DNA of 64,000 nucleotides, taken from Polyangiaceae bacterium (GTDB taxonomy: Bacteria; Myxococcota_A; Polyangia; Polyangiales; Polyangiaceae). The stretch spans positions 11,585-75,584 of the forward strand of contig JANRKO010000064.1 of NCBI GenBank assembly GCA_033763455.1, read 5' to 3'. Position numbers and translations under genes: made by a program. Shown here piece after piece: positions 39,665 through 48,548 of the stretch (position 1 is the stretch's first letter; every line of letters begins with the position of its first letter). Below the pieces are notes generated by a model. That model was not told the origin of the DNA, ran no database searches, and saw nothing but the letters and a program-made list of their open reading frames with translations.

Positions 39665-41692
39665 GTGAGCACGCCTTTTAGCCCCTTGGGGTTGCCCGAA
39701 AATGCAGCAGCATGGGTGTTAGTTGTTTCCGCACTAGCCCTCGCGATCCTTTGGACCAAACTTTCCAAGGTCACCGCGTTCTTAGCAGCACGGCCACGCC
39801 TCAGCGTGACAGTGCTCAGCGTAACCGCGGGCATACTCTCGCTTCTCTATGTTGCCCACTACCTACGCGGTGGCCCACGCATTGTGGACGCCACAAGCTA
39901 TTTCCTGGAGGCGCGCACCTTCGCAAGTGGCCATTTCTCGCTCAATTTGCCCGAGCCGAGCGGCTCATTTCGAGGGCGCTTCCTGTTGCCTGGTCTCGAC
40001 GGCAAGACGCAGGCCGTCATTTTTCCACCCGGCTACCCGGCGGTCTTAGCGGTAGGGTTCTTGGCGCACGCGCCAATGTTCGTGGGGCCCATCCTAGCGT
40101 GTGGGCTCGTGCTCGCGACCTACCTCTTAAGTCGCGAGATTTTTGCTGACTCGAACGTTGCGCTGACAGCGGCGTTGCTATCTGTGTTGTGTGCCGCGCT
40201 CCGTTACCACACCGCGGATACAATGTCGCACGGGCTCTCGGCGCTGCTCTTCACCCTGAGCCTGCTGGGTAGCTTCAAGGGCAAGCAGATCGGAGCCTGC
40301 ATCAGTGGGCTTGCACTCGGCTGGTTGCTCGCCACACGGCCCGTCACCGGCTTAGTGGGCGTGCTCATCTGCACACCCTGGTTAATCCGAAACCGAGCGT
40401 GGCTAGCGCTGCCCGCACTCTTGCCGGGGCTAACGCTGCTAAGTGCATACCAGGCGAGCGCCACGGGTTCGGCCTTCAACTCACCCCAGCTAGCCTACTA
40501 CGCACTCTCCGACGGGCCTGAAAACTGCTTTCGCCTCGGCTTCGGTCAAGGCATCGGTTGTCGCTTTGAGCACGGAGAGTTCGTGCAACGAGAACTGCGA
40601 AACGGTTACGGATTGCTACAAGCTGGGTTCGTTACCGCACGCCGTCTTGGCTGGCATTTAGGGGACATTACAAATTTTGTTCCCGCTGCACTCCTGTTAC
40701 CCTGGGCAGGCAAAGCCACCTTCGCGAATCCCCAAGCGCGCACGCTCCTTGCCGCAGTTATCCTACAGATGTGTGCCTACGCACTCTTCTACTACGATGG
40801 AAACTACCCAGGCGGCGGCGCCCGCCTGTTCGCGGACATCCTTCCCTTGGAGCACATTCTCTTGGCCTACGCCTTCACCACGCTAGGGCTCACGCGTTGG
40901 CTCGCCCCCACAGCGTTCCTTGGTTTTGCGCTACATGTTGGGCACGGCCATGCGGCGCTGAGAGAGCGAGAAGGCGGGCGGCCCATGTACGAACCAGAAG
41001 TGCTACGGCAAGCCAAGGTAACGAACGGGCTCGTATTCGTGAGAACAGACCACGGCTTTAACCTGGGGCACGATCCGGGCCTTCATTCGGCCACCTCCGG
41101 TGTTTTCGTAGCAAGGCGCACCGACGACGACCGCGAATACGCACTCTTCGAAAGCCTGGGCAGGCCACCAACGTACCGCTACGAGTTCGACGCCTGGCAC
41201 CCCAACACTACCCCTGTGTTGCGCCCGTTTGTTCCCACTCGCAAATCTACCCAGATTAACACCTTAACAACGTTCTACGAGTTGGAGCGCGAGTGGCCAC
41301 CGTTAGAACGGAGTGCTGGCTGGGCGAAGCCGTCCTTCTCGGGAGCGCCCTGTGTATCCGGCGGCCGAGGCCTACGCCTCATGCCCTCAAGTGAGGGGAA
41401 CGCTGCCGTACAGGTGGCCTTGCCCGCTCACGTCCGAGCCAGCGTGGACGCCGAGCTCACTTACTGGGTGAAGGCCCGAGGAGCCGCGTTTCGGGTACAC
41501 CTGGCATCCAACGCCCAGCGCCAACTCCTGGTTGACCGAACCGTAGCGGAGCCTGGCCCCTGTCAGAGCGTCCGGTTCTCGCTGGATTTGGCACGCCGGC
41601 CAGGGAGCCCCGGGGCCCCGCGACTTGAGATCGAGACAACCGGCGGGGAAGTACTCTTCGACAGCCTTCGCATCACCGAGGCACACCACTAA
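39665..41692 (+). CDS. Multi-pass membrane protein, putative GT-C (ArnT/PMT-like) glycosyltransferase
   Basis: DATSY, FPPGYP, TRP motif, many TMs, C-terminal beta-rich domain. Confidence 0.6.
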   Translation: MSTPFSPLGLPENAAAWVLVVSALALAILWTKLSKVTAFLAARPRLSVTVLSVTAGILSLLYVAHYLRGGPRIVDATSYFLEARTFASGHFSLNLPEPSGSFRGRFLLPGLDGKTQAVIFPPGYPAVLAVGFLAHAPMFVGPILACGLVLATYLLSREIFADSNVALTAALLSVLCAALRYHTADTMSHGLSALLFTLSLLGSFKGKQIGACISGLALGWLLATRPVTGLVGVLICTPWLIRNRAWLALPALLPGLTLLSAYQASATGSAFNSPQLAYYALSDGPENCFRLGFGQGIGCRFEHGEFVQRELRNGYGLLQAGFVTARRLGWHLGDITNFVPAALLLPWAGKATFANPQARTLLAAVILQMCAYALFYYDGNYPGGGARLFADILPLEHILLAYAFTTLGLTRWLAPTAFLGFALHVGHGHAALREREGGRPMYEPEVLRQAKVTNGLVFVRTDHGFNLGHDPGLHSATSGVFVARRTDDDREYALFESLGRPPTYRYEFDAWHPNTTPVLRPFVPTRKSTQINTLTTFYELEREWPPLERSAGWAKPSFSGAPCVSGGRGLRLMPSSEGNAAVQVALPAHVRASVDAELTYWVKARGAAFRVHLASNAQRQLLVDRTVAEPGPCQSVRFSLDLARRPGSPGAPRLEIETTGGEVLFDSLRITEAHH

Positions 41693-41738
41693 AGCACCAG
41701 CAAAGGTGAGCCAGGGCGTTAACCGTGGCTAAAAGTCG

Positions 41739-41768
41739 TTGACAATCGAGGCCTTAACCCTGGACGAT
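41739..41768 (+). promoter_or_regulatory. Putative sigma70 promoter of ihfB
   Basis: TTGACA-N18-GACGAT, followed by a GGAGG RBS. Confidence 0.45.
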
Positions 41769-41803
41769 GTGGGTGGAAGTCTTCGAGGGAGGCTTTTTTC
41801 CTG

Positions 41804-42142
41804 ATGACCAAGAGTGAGCTCATTGAGGTTATCTCTGCCAACGGCGAGCTTACCAAGGCACGCGCCGAGATGGTGGTGAACTGCATCTTCGACACCATGG
41901 TGCACGCGCTGCAGGCGGGCGAAGGCATTGAAATTCGCGGTTTTGGCAGTTTCTCGGTGCGGCCCTACAAGCCCTACGATGGGCGTAACCCACGTACGGG
42001 GGAGCCAGTTCCTGTGGCAGCCAAACGCTTGCCGTTTTTTAAGGTCGGCAAGGAGCTCAAGGAGCTGGTCAACGAATCACCAGCGCGCGGCGGGCGCCCG
42101 GAGCCTGCGAATCCGGGCGAACACGGCACGTCCACCAAGTAA
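41804..42142 (+). CDS. ihfB: Integration host factor beta / HU family DNA-binding protein
   Basis: MTKSELI, IEIRGFGSF, GRNPRTG, PFFKVGKELKE. Confidence 0.88.
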   Translation: MTKSELIEVISANGELTKARAEMVVNCIFDTMVHALQAGEGIEIRGFGSFSVRPYKPYDGRNPRTGEPVPVAAKRLPFFKVGKELKELVNESPARGGRPEPANPGEHGTSTK

Positions 42143-42239
42143 TGGGGCGAGCCGGCTGATTCGTTGGACTGAGCCAGCTCCGCGCATCGCGACCTGTCCT
42201 GCGGGGACAGCGATCCCGCATTTACCGCGCGGGTTTGCT

Positions 42240-43265
42240 GTGGCTGTCTTGGCCTGGTTGGCGCTGGTGCCTGCCGGCTGCTCGCCGCACGCTGCCCCTC
42301 CCCCCGTAGCACCAGCTAGCAGAGTGGCTCCTCTATTTTTGGGCCAAGCCGAAGACTACGTCCCAGCCGCGGGCCTACGTTGGCTCATTTCGATTGATGT
42401 CGCGCGGTTAGCAAAGAATGGCGATTTACTCACCATGGTTTCCGCTTTGGTGCCGAAAGAGCGCATGGATCACTTTGGAAACGTGAGCGGCTTCAAGCTC
42501 GAACAAGTGCAGCGTTTGGTCATCGCCGGTTTCGATTATTCGACGCTCTACGTCGTACAGGTGCGTGGAGACAATTCTAGAATTGAACAGCGGTTCATCG
42601 AACGTCTGCGCCACGATCCAATCGTTACCCACCCGCGCCCGGCGCTCACCACAACCACGGGCATGGCCGGCGGCGCGCCGCAGCGCATGGTGCGCATTTC
42701 AAATCACTTGGTTGCCATTGCCGTGGGAGATCCAACACCCGCCCGCGCAGTGGAGGCGTATGCATTGGGGCGCTTGAAGAAGTCTCCCTCGGCGTTTAAA
42801 GGCGCGGCGTTTAGCACACTGCCAACCGAATTGGCTGATGCGGATCTACTCTTCTTTGCGCCGGGCCCCTTCAAAGACGAGTGGGCAGAAGGCGTGCGTG
42901 GGCTGTTGCAAGGAGCACTTGCCGTCGGAGCAACGGGCAAGATCCTGAAAGACGCCAACATTCGGTTATCGCTCTGGCTCTCAGGCGGCTTTGCCGAAAC
43001 ACCAGGCGCTTCAGACCAACTGCTTGAGGGTTGGAACGCCGTCGTGCAAAGCCCGTTTGGCCACCTGCTTGGAGCCCACGAACCCGTCGAGGCCCCACGC
43101 ATCAGCGAACGCTCCGATGCCCTGCGTCTCGACGTCAGCCTGCGGCTCTCGGCAGCTGTGTCCGGCTTGCACGCAGCAGTCAGCGCCGAAGCGTGGCAGT
43201 TTTTGGGTCTGGGGCAGAACAGCGCGTTGGAACACACAGGGTCACAAGAAGCCCTGCCGGATTAA
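42240..43265 (+). CDS. Hypothetical lipoprotein; start uncertain
   Basis: Hydrophobic stretch plus PAGC lipobox-like site in a long ORF. Confidence 0.6.
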   Translation: MAVLAWLALVPAGCSPHAAPPPVAPASRVAPLFLGQAEDYVPAAGLRWLISIDVARLAKNGDLLTMVSALVPKERMDHFGNVSGFKLEQVQRLVIAGFDYSTLYVVQVRGDNSRIEQRFIERLRHDPIVTHPRPALTTTTGMAGGAPQRMVRISNHLVAIAVGDPTPARAVEAYALGRLKKSPSAFKGAAFSTLPTELADADLLFFAPGPFKDEWAEGVRGLLQGALAVGATGKILKDANIRLSLWLSGGFAETPGASDQLLEGWNAVVQSPFGHLLGAHEPVEAPRISERSDALRLDVSLRLSAAVSGLHAAVSAEAWQFLGLGQNSALEHTGSQEALPD

Positions 43266-43329
43266 CGCGGCGAGTTTCAACGGAGGGGAAAGCAGCCGGC
43301 TCGGGATCGTGGTATCGCTCGGGGCCTTG

Positions 43330-44178
43330 ATGAGCGCCCTTGATTGCGAAGTTGTTGTCACGCGCCTGGGAGCAATCGCCGTCCGCGATCGTGTGAGCGG
43401 CGAGACCATGCATCCGATGGGGCCCTCGGTCGAGGCACGCGAGGTTTACGTCGGGCCTTCCCGCTTGGAGGCTCGGCTTCGCGAGGGCGGGGCTCCTCTT
43501 TTGGTGCTCGACGTTGGACTTGGGGCAGCATCGAACGCGATCGCGGCTTGGCGGGTCTCCGAGGCCCTGCCTGAAACGGCGCGGCGACTAGAGATCGTGA
43601 GCTTCGAGCACGATCTCGGCGCCCTCCGGCTCGCGCTTGAGCCCGCTCACGCCGAGGCCTTCGGATTCTCGAACAGGGCGTCCCCCGAACATCGTGCAGC
43701 GAATGCGATCGCTCGTTACGGAGCGTACGAGACTCCGCGCACATCGTGGCGCCTCAGCTTTGGGGACTTTCTGCCGGCACTTGCTAAAGAGCCAGCGTCT
43801 TCGGCAGACATTGTCTTCTGGGACATGTTCTCTCGCGGCGTGAACCCGGAACTCTGGACGGCGTCCACGTTCGCGGCGCTGCGGCGGGTATGTCGCGAAG
43901 GCGCTACGGTGCACACCTACAATGCCGCGACGTCCACGCGCTCAGCGATGCTGTTGGGCGGCTTCGCCGTAGGCGTGGGCGGTGGAACGGGCGATCGCAG
44001 CCAGACGACAATCGCGGCAGTCAATCACCGGGATCTCACTTTGCCGCTGGACGCGCGGTGGCTCAAGCGGCTCGAACGTTCTTCCGCTCCTTTTCCTCCA
44101 GACGTGGAGAACGACACCGAGGCTCGCGTCGCAGCGTTAGCGCGGATCCGGAGTCAGCCGCAGTTTTCCGCAATCTGA
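43330..44178 (+). CDS. Stand-alone MnmC-N-like SAM-dependent methyltransferase
   Basis: ETMHP, VLDVGLGAASN, VFWDMFS...NPELWT, TYNAAT. Confidence 0.75.
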   Translation: MSALDCEVVVTRLGAIAVRDRVSGETMHPMGPSVEAREVYVGPSRLEARLREGGAPLLVLDVGLGAASNAIAAWRVSEALPETARRLEIVSFEHDLGALRLALEPAHAEAFGFSNRASPEHRAANAIARYGAYETPRTSWRLSFGDFLPALAKEPASSADIVFWDMFSRGVNPELWTASTFAALRRVCREGATVHTYNAATSTRSAMLLGGFAVGVGGGTGDRSQTTIAAVNHRDLTLPLDARWLKRLERSSAPFPPDVENDTEARVAALARIRSQPQFSAI

Positions 44179-44225
44179 GGAGTGCGATCATACAAAGCGC
44201 AACTCCCCCCAGAGCCTCCGCAAGG

Positions 44226-44255
44226 TTGACGTGGGCAGCCCCCATGCGGTATAAG
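44226..44255 (+). promoter_or_regulatory. Putative sigma70 promoter of cdnL
   Basis: TTGACG-N18-TATAAG. Confidence 0.6.
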
Positions 44256-44371
44256 GAAGGGCTAAGTGTCGCTCGGTTCGCTCAAAAGAAGCGGGGTTCG
44301 AGAAGGTGGGAGCAGCCATCGTGTGCAGTGCCTGCGATGGCTGTGAATTTGTAAGGAAGAACGGAGGCGGA

Positions 44372-44899
44372 ATGGAATCAGTAGCATCACCCTTGGCGGC
44401 CAATAACGATAACCCAGCGTTCGAGGTGGGAGATAAGGCCGTGCACCCAGCACACGGAGTCGGCGAGGTTGCCGCGCTTGAAGAGAAGGAAGTCGGGGGC
44501 AGCCGCCACACCTGCTACGTGCTGAAAATGCTGGACACTGGTTTAAAGGTGATGGTGCCTACCAGCGCTGCTTCACGAGTCGGGCTCCGGCCGGTGATGA
44601 AGAAGCGAGCAGCAGAAGGCATTTTGGATATCCTGCGAGCGTCTGAAGTAGCGGTGGACTTGCAGCCGTGGAACCGCCGGTTTCGCGCGTACACGGAGAT
44701 GTTGAAAAGCGGCGCACCGGAACAAATCGCACGTGTACTGCGGGACATGTATCGGTTGAAGTTCGACAAAGCCCTCTCGTTCGGAGAACGCAGGCTTCTG
44801 GACCAGGCAAGAAGCCTGCTGGTTCACGAGCTCGCTCTTGCCAAGAGCGTCGAACGCTCAGCCATCGAGGCGGAAATCCGCGAAATCTTCGCGGCCTAA
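44372..44899 (+). CDS. cdnL: CarD/CdnL family RNA polymerase-binding regulator
   Basis: FEVGDKAVHPAHGVG, VMVP, VGLRP, WNRRFR, LSFGERR; no HMGA-like tail. Confidence 0.88.
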   Translation: MESVASPLAANNDNPAFEVGDKAVHPAHGVGEVAALEEKEVGGSRHTCYVLKMLDTGLKVMVPTSAASRVGLRPVMKKRAAEGILDILRASEVAVDLQPWNRRFRAYTEMLKSGAPEQIARVLRDMYRLKFDKALSFGERRLLDQARSLLVHELALAKSVERSAIEAEIREIFAA

Positions 44900-44952
44900 G
44901 GCGCCCCCTTCAGTGGGGCCAGAATTGGCCGTTGCTGTACTAGGTCCCCGCC

Positions 44953-46053
44953 ATGCATCAAGAACGCCCCGCCCTGGCCCTTGGAAGCTTCACTCCTGAA
45001 GACGAAGCCAGGCTCGTAGAAGCAGCACAGGCTTCAGCCTTTGTTCTCCACACCTCGCACACCGCGGGCGATGCCACGCGGTGGCTCTCGGAGCACCAAC
45101 CTCATGCCATGTTGGTGGATACGGCCTCTATTCAACCTGAATCGATCGCTATGCGCGCGCGCGCCGAAGCGAGGCATGCGCAGGTCCCCGTCTTGGCCTT
45201 GAGTCGAGAGATAACAGACCTCGATTTTGCCACAGCATTCGCCTGGGGTGCAGATGATCTAGTTTTGACCACAGACGCGACAGCGCTCGTCGGAAGAATG
45301 CGCAGGCTTCCGCGAGAAGCCCCCGCGGCACCGGTTGCAAGCCGCGGAGTAGCGCTCGTTGCTGAAACTGATCCCGTGCGGCGGCTGCTGCTCGGGCGTG
45401 TCTTGCGCAACGCCGGCTATGAGATCACCTTCGCCGTTACTCGCGAAGACATGTGTGCGTTTTCAACGGCTAAAGAGCTCCAGGTCATCGTCACTAACTC
45501 CGAGCTTTGCGGAGATGCCGCACAGTTCGTGGCAGACTTGAGGGCTGCTGGCTCCGTAGCAGAATGCGTGATCCATACCGCGCCCCGGCACTTGAAGGAG
45601 CTCCACCAAGCGGTGGATGAGCTCGAAGGGGTGGCGGCCGCCGACGGTTTTGCGCCGCCCGAGAATATCTTGTTCATCTCAAACGAACTCAAGAACGGGC
45701 ATCGGTTCAATCAGCGCGGCAGCGCTCGAATTCTCTACGGCACCACCGTGGCATTTCGTGGTGCGGGTAGGCACAACGACGATTTCGGCTACAGCTACAA
45801 CATCAGTGACGGTGGGCTTTACGTGCGCACCCTATTCCCACCAGAAGACAACACTGTCTGGGTGGAGCTTTGCCCCCCTCGCACCGAGCGCCGAGTGCGC
45901 TTAGAGGGCACGGTCGCATGGCGCCGGCTCTTGGGCCCTCAGCAGCAAGCCACTGTTCCGCCAGGGTTTGGCGTAAAGATCACGGACGCGGCACGTGCAG
46001 ACCTCGCAGCCTGGCAAGAAGGCTACGAAACGATCCGGCAAGCGTTGAGCTGA
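44953..46053 (+). CDS. Degenerate REC-like domains plus C-terminal PilZ domain
   Basis: RxxxR (QRGSAR) and NxSxxG (NISDGG) PilZ motifs; GFGVK. Confidence 0.8.
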   Translation: MHQERPALALGSFTPEDEARLVEAAQASAFVLHTSHTAGDATRWLSEHQPHAMLVDTASIQPESIAMRARAEARHAQVPVLALSREITDLDFATAFAWGADDLVLTTDATALVGRMRRLPREAPAAPVASRGVALVAETDPVRRLLLGRVLRNAGYEITFAVTREDMCAFSTAKELQVIVTNSELCGDAAQFVADLRAAGSVAECVIHTAPRHLKELHQAVDELEGVAAADGFAPPENILFISNELKNGHRFNQRGSARILYGTTVAFRGAGRHNDDFGYSYNISDGGLYVRTLFPPEDNTVWVELCPPRTERRVRLEGTVAWRRLLGPQQQATVPPGFGVKITDAARADLAAWQEGYETIRQALS

Positions 46054-46090
46054 TACTTCAGCTAGGCTCGCCGCACCTCGGCGGTATTTG

Positions 46091-47752
46091 ATGGCACTAG
46101 CTCCCGGTGATTTGATCGCTCAGAAATATCGCATCGTGCGAAAGCTCGGTGAGGGAGCGATGGGCGTTGTGTATGCGGGCGTGCACGAGCTCCTAAAGAC
46201 TCAGGTTGCGCTCAAATTCCTGCACAAAGATCTAGCGGAGCGGCCAGGCTTGGGCGTGCGATTTCTACAGGAAGCCCAAGTGGCGGCACGCATCCGTAGT
46301 CCACATGTTGCGGCCGTATGGGACGCCGACACGTGGCATGGAATGCCTTTTTTGGTGATGGAGTTTCTGCCGGGCGAAACCTTGCGCAAGCTGCTCGATC
46401 GTGAGCGAAAGCTAAGCCTAGCAAACACGGTAGACTTTGCCGCTCAAATCCTGCTCGGGTTGGAAGCGGCACACGCGTTGTCTGTCGTGCATCGAGATCT
46501 CAAGCCAGATAACGTATTCGTGACCCAGGAACGCGAAGGCGTTGTGCTCAAGCTGATCGACTTTGGGATCGCCAAGCTCCGCCAACCCGATCAGGGTTCC
46601 CCAGGCCTCACCGAAGCTGGCATGATCCTCGGAACGCCCGAATATATGGCGCCTGAACAAGTTGTCGAAGCCGCCAAGGTGGACCATCGAGCGGACGTTT
46701 ATTCGGTTGGTGCCATGCTCTACGAAATGTTGAGTGGGCACACGGTGGTCGAGCGGAGCAGCTTGGAAGCGACGCTCATAGCCGTTCAAATGGGGCAAAT
46801 TCGTCCCCTTTCTGAGCTAGACCCAAGTTTGCCGAAGAGCTTGGAGGCCATCGTAATGCGTGCGCTCAGCCGCGATCGCGAACAGCGTTTCCCAAGTGCT
46901 TTTGCCTTTCGGCAGGCATTGGCGCCGTTCGCAGCGGACCAAAGCTATGCGGGGGAACGAGCCTTGGCAGCACCAGCTATCGCCCTCGGCACTCAACCGA
47001 TGAAGGCTGTCAGCGTGGGCGACGCGCCCTTCGCTGATCCGGTTGCGCCCGCACCGGGTGCCACCGTGCGGGTGGCCCCAACGGTCATTGAGGAACAGAT
47101 CGCGCGAGCTAGCACCTTTCCAGCACCTCGGGTGGCGCTACCAGATGCTCCGCCAGCTCCGGGGTACCCATCTCCTCCTTTTGTTCAGCAGGCAGAAGTG
47201 CCCGGGTATGCGCCCGCACGCACGGAGCGCAATCCAAAACGCTCCAAAGCTCCCGTGATCATCCTTGGCACCCTTGCCCTCGCGCTCGGTGTAGCTATAG
47301 GCGTTGTCATCTTCATTCAAAGTGGTTCGAGCTCCGACTCGACCATTTCCCTGCCTCAGAGCTCCGAAGCAACCACAAGTTTCCCTGAAGTCGTTCACCC
47401 CGAGCTCACCAAGCCCGAGGCGCCAACGCCCTCCCCCACCTATCCTGCGCCCTACCCTGGGCCGGGCCGGCCGCGGCCAACAACGCCCCCGTCCGCCGGA
47501 CCCACCGGCGCCAAGCCGGACGCTTCCCCGCCACTCGCTGACGCTGGGGATGGGCAATCCACATCCGACGCGGGCACGCCGCCCCTTACCTTCCCACTTC
47601 CGAGCGGATTGCCAAGCGGTTTCCCTACGGCGATCACCATTCCTACGGCCTTACCTTCGAGCTTCCCCACCGCGCTCCCACCTTTTCCGGGCTTTCCACA
47701 ACCAGCTCCCCAGTCGCCCCCCGCTGACGCGGGACAACCGCTTGCGCCCTAA
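46091..47752 (+). CDS. Membrane Ser/Thr protein kinase with Pro-rich tail
   Basis: GEGAMG, VALK, HRDLKPDN, DFG, YMAPE, TM segment. Confidence 0.93.
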   Translation: MALAPGDLIAQKYRIVRKLGEGAMGVVYAGVHELLKTQVALKFLHKDLAERPGLGVRFLQEAQVAARIRSPHVAAVWDADTWHGMPFLVMEFLPGETLRKLLDRERKLSLANTVDFAAQILLGLEAAHALSVVHRDLKPDNVFVTQEREGVVLKLIDFGIAKLRQPDQGSPGLTEAGMILGTPEYMAPEQVVEAAKVDHRADVYSVGAMLYEMLSGHTVVERSSLEATLIAVQMGQIRPLSELDPSLPKSLEAIVMRALSRDREQRFPSAFAFRQALAPFAADQSYAGERALAAPAIALGTQPMKAVSVGDAPFADPVAPAPGATVRVAPTVIEEQIARASTFPAPRVALPDAPPAPGYPSPPFVQQAEVPGYAPARTERNPKRSKAPVIILGTLALALGVAIGVVIFIQSGSSSDSTISLPQSSEATTSFPEVVHPELTKPEAPTPSPTYPAPYPGPGRPRPTTPPSAGPTGAKPDASPPLADAGDGQSTSDAGTPPLTFPLPSGLPSGFPTAITIPTALPSSFPTALPPFPGFPQPAPQSPPADAGQPLAP

Positions 47753-47816
47753 TGACGCGGGCGACGCCCAGCCGAAACCTTCTCGAATCTCAACCCAGCG
47801 AAGCTAGACTGGCGCC

Positions 47817-48536
47817 GTGGATCAAAACCTTGAGGACCCTTTCGTCAGAACGATGCCAGCGGCCTACGTAAAGAAGGTCGCGCCCGCTCTGCAATTGTTG
47901 CACTCAAGGATTGCCGCGCTCCGCGACGGCGCTCTGGTCAGCGTTGGTGCATTTCCAAGTGACAAGCCCGAATCTATCGGATTGTGTGTGGTCGCGGAAG
48001 ACAGGCCAGGCTTACTGGCAACGTTCAGCGCGGGCCTTTTTTCGCAGGGCTTCAACGTCATCGACGCCGAAGCTTACACCCGCGCGCGTCCCGACGGCAT
48101 CAAAGAAGCGGTGGATCTTTTCTGGGTGCGTCGCGTATCGGCCAATGCGCAGCATCTGCCTATTCTTCCGGGCGAAATTTTAGCGCTTAAGGCAAAGCTT
48201 GTAGAGCTTCTAGAAGGGCGCGCCGCGCCCATTGCACCACCGAAACCCGCAGGAGTAGGTGGTGAAACTCGCGTACGCTTTCTGGAGAGCGACGATGGCA
48301 GCTTCTCTACATTAGAAGTGCAGAGTACGGACAGGCCCGGCTTGCTTTTGGCTCTCACCCAGGCTTTGTTCGACAAGCAGGTACAGATTGTTGGCTGCCA
48401 AGTTAAAACCATCGGTGATAAAGTCTCAGATAGGTTTGAGCTCTCTGAGCAAAATGGTCACCCGATTCGTCCCGAGCGCCAGCTTGAAATCCAAGTCGCC
48501 ATCCTCTCTGTCATTGGCGATTCGCTTTTGAACTAA
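47817..48536 (+). CDS. Tandem ACT domain protein (GlnD C-terminal-like)
   Basis: Two DRPGLL motifs, followed by DLFWV and DRFEL. Confidence 0.8.
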   Translation: MDQNLEDPFVRTMPAAYVKKVAPALQLLHSRIAALRDGALVSVGAFPSDKPESIGLCVVAEDRPGLLATFSAGLFSQGFNVIDAEAYTRARPDGIKEAVDLFWVRRVSANAQHLPILPGEILALKAKLVELLEGRAAPIAPPKPAGVGGETRVRFLESDDGSFSTLEVQSTDRPGLLLALTQALFDKQVQIVGCQVKTIGDKVSDRFELSEQNGHPIRPERQLEIQVAILSVIGDSLLN

Positions 48537-48548
48537 TCTGCCTAAAGC

